A DNA stretch of 63,348 nucleotides, filler included, from Kipferlia bialata (taxonomy: Eukaryota), in the NCBI GenBank assembly GCA_003568945.1. It is 4 parts of 4 records of this genome, joined end to end, with 100 filler letters (N's around TTAATTAATTAA, not from the genome) between each part and the next. Parts side by side here need not be neighbours in the genome. Positions count along the whole stretch, not along the records: positions 38,847 to 59,403 come from BDIP01000178.1; positions 59,504 to 63,348 come from BDIP01000283.1; 2 more parts are not named here. One strand, given 5' to 3'. Of this stretch, positions 51,758 to 63,348 are shown in pieces. Under the pieces are notes generated by a model, which was given only the letters and a program-made list of their open reading frames with translations, had not been told where the DNA came from and did no database searches. Made by a program: the position numbers and the translations under genes. Numbering within the stretch: the first letter of the stretch is position 1; every line of letters begins with the position of its first letter.

Positions 51758-54664
51758 AGATCCCCTACCGTATGTGTCTCTGACCCTCTCTGGCACTTCA
51801 AGGGCACCAAAGAGCATGTCGGGGGCCTGGGGGTCAGATATATATATATATATATATATGTATGTATCTATATCTCTCTCTCTCTATATATATGTATCAG
51901 GGAACCAAACAGTATGTATAAAGAGCATGTCGGGGGCCTGGAGGTTGGATATATCCAGATTATGTAGACAATACTCACATACCAATGCAATAACTGTGCC
52001 CCACAGATAGAAGAACAACACCCATTGACTCTCCCTCTCTTCATACTTCAGTATACATACTTATACAAATACTATACCTGAGCCCCACACCCGTTGAGGT
52101 AGAAGCACTCCTCCTGCTGCAGTTCATCCCAACTCTGCTGGGCAATCCTAGGGTTAGGATAGAGACATATATATATTATATAGAAACTCCGATACTACAA
52201 CATTTATGTTAGGTCTATCCCTATTCCCAACTCTGCTGGGCAATCCTGACTGTTAGAGATTGGAGAACAGTAGAACAATACTTTGTACTGCGTTAAATGT
52301 ATATACCTTTGCTGGGCAACCCTGGGATGAGTCTACAAAAGTATATATGTATATATATATATACACGTAGAAATACATATATTCATATATGTCAGTACCT
52401 AGGTGGTGTAGCTCTGGGTCGATCCAACATAAACATATCATTCAACAAACTCTTGACCATGCATACTCCCTCTCTCTATGCACACTCATTACATATTCAT
52501 AGTATTGTATGAGTACCTAGGGGGTGTAGCCACCAGCTCTGGGTCGATTGTTGACTTCATGAGGTGGTAGTGCACGGGATAGGTGAACCTAACATAAGGG
52601 GGTTGGGGGAGAGAGAGAGAGAGAGAGGTGGTAGTGCACGGGGTAGATGAACCTATGGTGAGACAAGAGAGAGAGAGAGAGAGGTGGTGGAGTACGGGGT
52701 ATTGGGCTTGTACTCACTTTGCAATGAGCTGCTCGGCACTTGTGACATTAGTATATACACACATTCATAAGCATATATACACACATTCATAAGCATATAT
52801 ACACACATATCACTCATGTATGCATCTCACATCCTTGGAAAGGTGCATCCATAGAACATCTTAATAATACTCTACTCACTTTGCGATAAGCTGCTCGGCA
52901 CTTGTGACATCAGTGGGTATCCTAAACAGCAGCTGTGAGAAGGGGTGGGACAGGCTGACAGCACCCACGTCGCCCTCGGCAGTCACGCCCTGGGGGTTAG
53001 TATGCAATTACTATAAATATATATACAATTATTAATCAATACAATTGTACTATATGAGTGGCATTAATGCATCACTCGGCAGTCACGCCCTGGGGGTTAG
53101 GGAATAGAAAGGAGAATACCACATTGATGAATACACCGAACTACAAACCTACTTCTGCCAATAACAAGTCGAAAACGGAGCATACCAGAGCTGATACGTA
53201 TATCATGTATTTACACATACATTCACACATATAGTATATACACTATATATATACATATATAGTATACTATATAATTAGTATATATATACTATATATATAC
53301 TATATACTATATACTACATAATTAGTATATATATAGATATATATACTATCTACCTGAGGGAACAGCCTCCAGAAGGGTACATAGGATGGCATGGGGGCAG
53401 AGGGCTGGTGCTGCAGCTTGGCTTATGGTTAGAGGAATTAAAACTACACGATATCAATCCTAAAACATATGATGACAACATATGATTCGTCATTATACAT
53501 TTCCATATACATACACATGTCCTACATACCTGCCAACAGTACCCTGGCTGCGCATAGCCCGTTCACCTCCTGCTCACATCTGAAGCCAAGCCACTCTCTC
53601 TACATATATATACAGTTATATATATTGTATATATATTATCCGATACCTGCCAGGAGTACTCTTGCGGCACAGAGTCCAATCACCTCCTGCTCACATCTGA
53701 AGCCAAGCTCAGAGTCAAAGGGCGAGATGGCAGTCTGGAGGCCGCCTGAGGGTAAGTTATAATCAAACATATGATGTTAAACTGTTAAAAGATACACTAC
53801 TAGTATACAATTCAAGTAGTACGTATGAATGAACTGCTATATACATCAGAGTCAAAGGGCGAGATGGCAGTCTGGAGGCCTCCTTTATGTTAGATGTGTA
53901 TAGTATATATATTGTACATAGTATATAATGGTATATATATACTCGTATAGTAGCCTATACACATCAGAGTCAAAGGGCGAGATGGCAGTCTGGAGGCCGC
54001 CAAACGGTAAGTACCCACTGTGTATATTATCTGTCCATATTAATACATATATACATATACATATACGTACCAGCACAAGCTGGCAGTCTCTCCAGCAGTG
54101 CCACCCCCACTGGGAGGTACTCATACTATATACATATATGGATGTATATATGAATATACACTGCTACGTACCTGCCCATGCTGGTAGCCTTTCTAACAGA
54201 GCTACCCCCACTGGGAGGTTGGAGCACAGGAAGGCAGGCACTAAGAGTGACACGGGGTGGGAGGCACAGCCAAAGCCAGTGTCCCTCTCCATATCCATGG
54301 CACCGCCTGATATAAGGGTGTAGAGAGAGAGAGAGAGATGGGTATCCATATCCATGGCACCACCTTGGTTGAGAATAGTATATATGAATAGAGAGGATAT
54401 AATTAGGGTATAGAGGGAGAGACAGAGAGAAACAGACTGTCCCTCTCCATATCCATGGCACCACATGATATAAGGGTGTAGAGAGAGAGAGAGAGAGAGA
54501 TAGGATATTCCCCGTATATCCATAGCACCACTTAGGTGTCACCAACCGTACACAGCACTCGCACATCCTGTACACATGCTATACACATCCTGTACACTAA
54601 TTCATAGATATATACACGGTCCATATATACATATACCCACCCATGTCGATGTTGAGCAGCAGGC

Positions 54665-54701
<37 letters not shown>

Positions 54702-57700
54702 GAGACATATAGTACAGTATACACTGTATACATATACATACACCCACCCATGTCGATGTTGAGCAGCAGGCTATATATGTATATATATATAGTACGTAAA
54801 GACATATAGTACAATATACACTCTCTACATGTCCACCCACCCATGTCGATGTTCAGCAGCAGGCTGTCCATGACCTCCTCGCCACAGCCTGGATATTAAG
54901 GGTGTAGGGAGAGTATTAAGGGTGTAGAGAGAGTATTAAGGGTGTAGAGAGAGAGAGAGAGAGAGAGGGAGATATCCACTCATCACACACCGTCTCCTAG
55001 GCTTGTGCTCTCCATGTCACCAGCGTTCTCTCTCTCTCTCTCTCTCTCCTTGTCTCTCTGGGCTAGGCCTGGGCTCTCACTCACGCACCTGAGGGTGATA
55101 TGCGTATACTATGGTGTATATCCTACTGTCACAACTAACATTAAGTTGTTGAATCTCTTATCTAAGCGATGACCAGTAGTGGACACCGATATACTCTTAC
55201 CTTAAGTATATATTTACACGTACTATTCATACCTAGAGTTATCGAATCTGAGCGATGCAGCGGATGACCCCACTGAGCCATAGGTGGGGGTGTCAACGGA
55301 GAAGTCAACAAGATAGACAAGTCCTAAGGGTTGGATATATTTATAATAATATATGTGTATATATATATAGAGAGAGAGAGAGGGAGATGTGTCAACGGAG
55401 AAGACAACGAGGTAGACTAGACCTGGTGTGAGAGAGAGAGACACACACACACACACATATATATAGATATAGATATATATATATGTGTGTGTGTGGTGGG
55501 GTGTCCACGAAAAAAGTCAACCAGGTACACACATACAAGACTAAGGGGTTGGAAAGCGAGAGCGAGAGAGCGAGCGAGAGAAGGAGAGAGAAGGAGAGGG
55601 ATGAAGTCCAACACACATACCCATACCTCTCCCACAAACTTGATACGGGCGTTGCAATCCATTCAATATGTACAAAATTACCTCTCTCCTCCAGTCTTGA
55701 TATGGGCTCTGCCTTGACACCTCCCTCATATACTTATACATCTACCTATATATATATATATATATAGATCTCTATACATGTCTATATATATGTTTGGTAC
55801 ATATATATACACTGACCTCTCTCCTCCAGTCTTGATATGGGCTCTGCCTTGACACCTCCCTCATAGTCCACAAGGAGACGGTCCTAGAGTGAGTATATAT
55901 ATAGATATGTATACATATATATATATATACAGAGAGAGAGAGAGAGAGAGAGAGATGCCTGACCCTCCCTCATAGTCCACAAGGAGACGGTCCTAGGGTA
56001 AGAAGATATATAGATGAGTGAGTATATAGAGTACATGAATGAACATATAGAGCCATAGGGCAGATAGAGAGAGAGAGAGAGAGAGACAGGGACTAGTATA
56101 TACATATATCCATATATATGTATATGTATAGAGAGAGAGAGAGAGAGAGAGTACCTGTGGCAGCAGAGGGACACTGGCCAGGGCAAGGGCCCTGAAGAAG
56201 GGGGTGGGCTTGTACCTTCACATTAGAGAGAGAAACAGAGGAGGGGAAGAGAGAGGGGGACATTTGAAGAGAGAGGGNNNNNNNNNNNNNNNNNNNNNNN
56301 NNNNNNNNNNNNNNNNNNNNNNNNNNNNNNNNNNNNNNNNNNNNNNNNNNNNNNNNNNNNNNNNNNNNNNNNNNNNNATACGTACACTGGTATGCCACTG
56401 GCACTGAACGCACTCATCATGAACAGGTTCCAAAATACTAATGTATGTATATATACTATTTACACTATATAATCTATACGTAAAATAAACTACTTCATAT
56501 ACATATACTATAATATATACACGTACACTGGAATACCGCTAGCACTGAACGCACTCATCATGAACAGGTTCCATGCCCCAGGGGACAGATAGACCTCTCG
56601 GGTGCCAGGCTTGACAAGACGGCATCTAGAGTTAGATGAAATATATATGGAAATATAATTGAATAAATAATAATAATAATATAGTGATAGACTACACGGG
56701 TGCCGGGCTTCACAAGTCTACACCTTGGGTTTAGATATGTACCTGATATTGTATACATATGGAATTGATAAAAATACTCATTGCATATTCATGAATATAC
56801 CTGTTGTGTGCCCCTCTGAACACTCCGGCACAATACATTCTATACTATCGACAATATATATATACACACACCTATATGTATATATAACCATTGGTACCTG
56901 TTGTGTGCCCCTATGTATATGGTAATGTAATTACAATTATATATATATACATAAATACCTGTTGTGTGCCCCTCTGAACACTCCGGCACTCTTGGCAAGC
57001 TCAACTGGGGTGAGAAAGGTGTTACACATGTGAATAGTCTTCAATACATATGTATATATATAAATATACTAGTACTCTTGGCAAGCTCAACTTGAGGCTG
57101 AGAGAGGTGGTAAATATGTACAGTATCTTAATATAGACAAATATATTCGCTCCGTATGTATGTATAAGAGTACTCTTGGCAATATATATTACAAGGACGT
57201 AAGTCGGTAATAGAGTCTTGACATATCGTATTACAATACACATATCCACCGTACCATGGCAGAAGGGTGCAGGATGGGCTGCAGTCTGATATGCAATATA
57301 TACAATTAATGTATCTTTATATATTATAATTAATAAATATTATTATAATACTAGCCGTACCCATTGCCGCAGGGTGCAGGATGGGCTGGAGTCTGATGTG
57401 GTCAAGCACAAGGGAGGACTGCCTGGCAACCTATGATATTAGTATAAATGTATACACACTCATATATATATATATATATTGAGAGAGAGAGAGAGAGAGA
57501 GATATCAAGCACCAGGGAGGACTGCCTGGCAACCTAGGAGTCAGTGATATAGTATATATACTATAGTAAATATATGGGGAGAGAGAAATCGGTAGAAGAG
57601 ATCTGGGATACCTCATAGGTGGTTGATCCCAATGCATAGAGTATATATACATAATCAATATTACATAATAATGTATAGTATAGTTATATACCTCGTAATC

Positions 57701-59014
57701 ACTATTACATATTAATGTAGAGTATAGTTATATACCTCGTCTGTGGTTGATCCCAAGTTACCGGCCACGAACATCAGGATGCGCCTTAGTGTTAGGTATA
57801 CTAGTAACTAATGTATATACATACAATACACTAACATACTATACTAGTAGATACTAGTAGATACTAGTAGTACATATACATACTACGAACATCAGGATGC
57901 GCCTACTAGTCAGGTATACTAATAACTAATGTATATACATACACTCATATACTATATTAGTAGTAGTTCATACATAGAGCATCAGGATGCGCCTACTAGT
58001 CAGATACATGCATGATCATACAAACACTAGTATAGTATTATAAAAACTAGGTTATATATATACACAAACCTCTGTGCCACCAGGCTCTGTAACAGGATGA
58101 ATGTAATGCAAACATCAATACATTCTTATGTCTCTCTCTACATATATTAATATCAATATATATATATATATATATACCTCTGTGCCACCAGGCTCTGATG
58201 AAGGCAGACCGGGCAGATATCAATATATGTATTTAGGTATATACACAAATATCAATATATATCAATATACATTCATATACGTATGTCCATTATGTCTATA
58301 TGTATCTATACACTAACCTCTGTGCCACCAGACTTTGTAAGAGGATGAAGGCAGACCGGGCAGCAGCAGGCTCAAGCTTATCAACCTCATCTGGAGTTAG
58401 AGACAAAACAAATCACTGAAGCAGTGTATAGAATGCGGGTATCTATGTGATAACCAGGGGAATGCATTTCAAGCTTATCACCTCTGCGTATTAGAGAGAT
58501 ACACAATACTAAGAGTAGAGAGAGAGAGGTGAGGAAGGGGGGGAGAGAGAGACAAAGGACTCCACTCAACTACGAACAGCAGGAGTTATAGTAGCAAATA
58601 TGAAGACGTATAAATAGATACATTGTATAGCCTGAATTACCTACGAACAGTAGGTACGGCAGGACTGGCTCTCCGTCCTCAGTCTCGCACATGTACGTCT
58701 CAGACGGGCCTGGGGGTAAGATGGACACATATATCATAGAGAGGGGACGGTAGAACATGTACGTCTCAGACGGGCCTGGAGGTAAGAGGTATAAAGGCAT
58801 ATACACACAGATATGATAGGGAGGAAGAATAGAGAACATGTACGTCTCAGACGGGCCTGGGGGTAAGACTTCACATTTATAATGCCACTCTATGTACACT
58901 TATAAATCTATATTCTTTCAATGTCACTCAGTCTACATATCCATACCTCCCTCGATGCCTGTGCTGGACTGGTGGCATCCATCACACACATACATATATA
59001 TCCATCCATCTAAC

Positions 59015-59055
<41 letters not shown>

Positions 59056-59240
59056 ATGCATATGTATATATACCTCCCTCGATGCCTGTGCTGGACTGGT
59101 GGCATCCATCCATACACATGCATATATATATATATATATATATCATTATATATCTATATACATATACATGTATGCTGCTGTATATACCTCCCTCGATGCC
59201 TGTGCTGGACTGGTGGCAGGCAGCCTCAGACAGGGCATGT
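49443..59240 (-). CDS. Putative Crinkler/RHS-type NTPase + restriction-endonuclease-fold protein, >25 exons, 5' truncated
   Basis: Walker B-like YLLFVDEVDKL, ILMFVAGN, SGIP; C-terminal FYLNGCGAQAPDMLF..VVIGVDIK..WFGPAW; stop at 49443. Continuity across the gap at 56278-56377 is assumed. Confidence 0.6.
50083..50570 (-). repeat. ~87 bp tandem array of exon end + 5' splice site (5 intronic copies plus the exon)
   Basis: Minus-strand CAGAGTACCACTCGGAACTSAAG|GT (minor variants) near 50083, 50172, 50258, 50345, 50429 and 50547 with (AT)n/(AG)n spacers. Confidence 0.9.
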
Positions 59241-59447
59241 CTGGGGGTGAGATTATATAGGATAACTATATTGTGGGAGAGAGAGAGAGAGAGAGAGAAT
59301 GATATATCAGCCTCAGACAGGGTATGTCTGGGAAAACAATAGAATGCCTGGCATAGAGAGAGGGGGGGGGGGGGGGCAGGAGACAAAGTTGTTGTATAGA
59401 TATNNNNNNNNNNNNNNNNNNNNNNNNNNNNNNNNNNNNNNNNNNNN

Positions 59448-59459
59448 TTAATTAATTAA
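59448..59459. other. Artificial scaffold linker
   Basis: TTAATTAATTAA within Ns. Confidence 0.95.
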
Positions 59460-59503
59460 NNNNNNNNNNNNNNNNNNNNNNNNNNNNNNNNNNNNNNNNN
59501 NNN

Positions 59504-59549
<46 letters not shown>

Positions 59550-60351
59550 TGGTATACATATATGCACACACTCAAAAACATATACATATATATATATTCG
59601 TATATATATTCGAGTACCTTATCTCCACCCCATTTACAACCACCCTCGACACAGGGGAAGGGGGGACAGGGGGTGCACACTGATTGGTGGTTGAGGGACG
59701 AGAGGCATCCCTTCTAGAGGTGGTAGGGGGTGGTCTTACAGCTCTCTCAGCACCAGATGACACCCTTCTTGGCCTAGTGGTACTTCTAGGCCTAGTACTG
59801 GTGGATGGGTCCATCCGTGTAGGCCTGGGTGATACTGTCATCTGGACTGAACACTCAGGGGTGTAGTTGGACGGGTTTACTGACAGTTAGAGGAGGTTGA
59901 CTAACTAGAACAGTTCATATGGGCAATCGGTACGGCAGGGGGGGGATGGGGGGAAAGAGAAACCGTTGTCTGCTGTTGCAACTTACATATCTTTAACTCT
60001 TCCATGTTATCTGAAGATATGACGCCGAAAGCAGCTGCCATCACGTGTATATAGTCAGTATGTACCTCTATTCTAAATGGCAACGGGTATTACAGGGGCT
60101 ACAGGATTTCACACGATGATAAGGTAGAAGCGAGTCACCTTTGTGCTTGTCGTCTGCACCCTTAACACACGACCATGACAAAAAGCACATCTCTGATTGT
60201 CGAGACACATATCGTGTAACCAACCCAAGTATAATCATATACAGTGTGCTAGATCCATCCAACTCATCTGAATGATCCAATTACTGTCCTTACTATTGTC
60301 CATATACATGATCTCTTGGAGTGATTTCACTGAAGTATGCACACAACGTAT

Positions 60352-63127
60352 CTATTCACTCTGCTCCTCCAGTGTCACCAGATGCACCACCTTCTCATCA
60401 TCGTCCTGCTCAATAACAAGGAGGGCCTGATCATGAGAAGACAGTGATATGTAGAGATAAGATCTAAGAACAAACCTCACTCCACTTCCTCTACATATAC
60501 TATACACTCTTCGGCTGTATTGCTCAATCACAAGGAGGGCCTGGTGGTGATTATTCCATAAATCAACATCATATCACCCCATTTACTCCAAGCCATATAC
60601 CATGTTCTACTATACATTTGATGAATATATGTCTCAGTCACAAGGAGGGCCTGGTGGTGAGAAGACGTGTGTTGCACATAAACATCATACACTGTTATAT
60701 TTACAGACTTACACACATAATAATCCACATTACTACACTCATATGCTGTACACTCCAATACCTCATCCCCACATATGGGCACCAGGTGGCAGCAGTTGGC
60801 ATGGTAGATGTCAGCGTCCTCCTGGGGTGTTAGACAATTGCACTACCTACAAAGAAAACCTTCATATATATAACATTTACTGATTGACAATGTCAATTTG
60901 ACATAGTGAAATTGATCAGATCAACACATTCAACTCTCACTCACCGCAGGTATCTCCGTGCTGTGGTGTGCCCCTGTCAGCGAGTCCCAGGTGGCTATGC
61001 AGTTACAGTAGTCAGGGTACACAATGTGCCTACTGTTAGACACACCATGAAATGTACACTCTTTCACTTTCAAACGAGTACACTACGTGATACACCATGT
61101 GGGAGGGGTATCTTACATCCTCATTAATGTAAACAATCAAAGTCAACACTACATGTGATACTTAGTAAGAAAGGAACGATGTATTTACGTGCAAATATGT
61201 ATCCTACCTCCCCATTAGTGCAATATCGACCGTGTGGTTGTACGTCTCCAGTGCAGGCAGGACCTCCCACCCATGGGTGTGTGACTGACAGGTCTCTGGG
61301 GTGTACACAGTGTGCTTGTTGCCATACATAAAGTGGACCCTTCCCTCACACATTATGGCACTCTGCATATCTGTCACATCCACTTCAGTAGGGGGGGAGG
61401 GCAGGGGGGAGAGGGTGCGTGTGGATACGTCATACTCCCACAGGAGGGGGGAGGGGTACTCCTGGAAGGTGCTCAGGATGATCTGGGGTTGGAATACATA
61501 CTTGCATATACAAACCTACACTATTAGAACCCCGAAATGATAATATATACACATGGGATCGAGAGGTTACATACATAACCTGATTGATAAAAAATTAAAC
61601 CCACCTTGTCCTCCAGAGCACATGATGCCATCATGTCACCCTACATATATATTCATATATCTTAAACCAATATATTATTACGCATTCATTCATTCTATAC
61701 TATTCATTACTATGGAAATACACAACATGTATAGCTCAACACACCTTGTTCTCCAGAGCACATGATGCCATCATGTCACCCACAGTGTCTCTAGGCAGGA
61801 CACCCGACTGGACCTCCCACTCCCTGAGGGTGAGTAAGAGCTATAGAAACAAATATATATGTATATATATATAAGTATTAAGGACTAATCCTGATGATAT
61901 GACTGGACCTCCACTCCCTGGGGTGGGTGATGGGAATAGAAACACATATACATATGAATATATGGTGAGAAGTGGTGTTAATGCACGTACATGCCTGGAC
62001 CACCCACTCCCTGCGGGTGAGGGATAGCTACACATATGCACGTATATAAATATATATAAATACCATGATACCACATACATCATCACCTTGAGTCCAGTGT
62101 TAAGATGTACACACTCTCCCCAGACACCACAGCCACCTTGCCATTCCCAATGTAGTGGGCCTGGGGTTAGACACATATATATACATAATACTGAAATAAT
62201 GACATTGACCTAAAATGGACCTTTCGGTTAATCTCACTTCACAGAACCATGATTTTCATATATCTACAAATACTCCCATATACATACAAACACTCTCTCA
62301 TATATCAATCATTATATACCTGCGTGAAATTCCCCTGGTCTGATGGGTAGTGTGGTATGGGACACTCCACTGCCTCACACACCACCTCTCTCTCTCCCTC
62401 AGGTCCATCTCTTAGAGACAGAGTGACACCACCGGTGATGATCATATTGTCACATACTGGATCAGATATGGTAAAGTAATACTATCCGATATCTATCACA
62501 GACAGAGGGACACCACCTGTACAGACCTTACTATGTACAGTATCAGATACAAAGAGATATACTTATAATATACATATGAAGAGACACAGACTGACACCAC
62601 CTGTACTGACATTGGCATGACACACTGTATCAGTATATATGTGGCATACATTGTATTATTACTAAGTCTTTGGGTGCATAACTCCCTGTATACTGACTCT
62701 GTCACCATGTGATGTGTCGAGCAGAGATACACACATTCAGATACTGATACTGACTCTGTCACCACACGCTGGGTCGCATATAATGTGAGAATTGTAATAT
62801 ACACCGATAACACAACTAATACATAACTGAACACGATACTAAGATACAGAGAGAGAAATGACGGGAGAGAGAACTAGAGCGAGATTACCTATCCATGACA
62901 CTCCATAGACACATCCACCCATAGACTGTGTCAAACACACACTTTGATCATGATACATAGATACTTATACCTGTACGTGACACCCCGAACAAACACACAT
63001 CACATAATCAGTATCAATAATGAAGAGAGACTATTAGAGAACATACCTGTGCGTGATACTCCAAACACACACCCATCCCCAGTGGGGGTGACAGATGCAA
63101 GGGAGACGAAGTCGTCAAGGTCAACGC
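60352..63127 (-). CDS. Divergent kelch-like beta-propeller protein, 5' truncated
   Basis: Exon chain VYILTLDSREWE..LWEYDVSTRTLSPLPSPP..EGRVHFMYGNKHTVYTP..GWEVLP..ATWDSLTG..EEQSE*. Confidence 0.6.
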
Positions 63128-63348
63128 CTAGGGGGGAGAATATGGAGAGGAGGGGGATAGAGAGAGAGATGCAAGGGAGATGAAGTCATCAAGATCAACG
63201 CCTGGGAGTGAAGAGAGAGAGAGACGTTCAAGTTATAGTAAATATAGAGAGGGTAATGATAATGTAAGGGGGGATGAGTCATTGAGGGCAACACATAGGA
63301 GGGAGACTTGGGAGAGGGAGTCAGGTATCTCTGTTACAAAGGGGGGGG

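Noticed and set aside
54071..54130. Echo as a simple mutually exclusive exon
   Set aside because: It covers only the 3' third of the exon, and the nearest upstream AGs are phase 0 while the preceding donors are phase 1.
40143..59240. PIWI plus nuclease gene as a prokaryote-style Argonaute defence operon
   Set aside because: They are on opposite strands, separated by unrelated genes in a eukaryote, with no evidence of functional linkage.
59600..60280. Additional minus-strand gene (S/T/R-rich ORF 59572-59841)
   Set aside because: I could not build a consistent start or exon chain; it may be real but is unsupported.

Overview
Intron-dense eukaryotic genomic DNA. It is at least four scaffolds joined by artificial N-TTAATTAATTAA-N spacers (11830, 38791, 59448), so gene order across those points is meaningless. 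Many short GT-AG introns ending in YTVAC-C(n)-YAG and a eukaryotic gene set including a flagellar gene suggest a flagellated protist, probably a fornicate such as Kipferlia (inference, not checked). Genes spliced by eye: an A-T-R carboxylic-acid-reductase-like enzyme, TPRG1/hSac2-like, IFT81, a type I membrane protein, a Det1-like phosphatase, Rpn10, TMEM33-like, an RNI-like LRR protein with a GC-AG intron, class I HDAC, a 3.5 kb Ig/filamin-repeat exon, WBP2-like, a PIWI-clade Argonaute with a very long R/E-rich N-terminus and His-to-Thr at the last catalytic position, an M16-like protein, a Crinkler/RHS-type NTPase-REase protein, a kelch-like protein and several unknowns. The most striking observation: many introns carry 'echo' copies of the neighbouring exon end plus splice site, and these differ from the working exon mostly at synonymous codon positions (for example 8 of 9, 8 of 9, 6 of 6 and 4 of 4 changed codons), on three separate scaffolds. 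Neutral intronic duplicates should not diverge this way.
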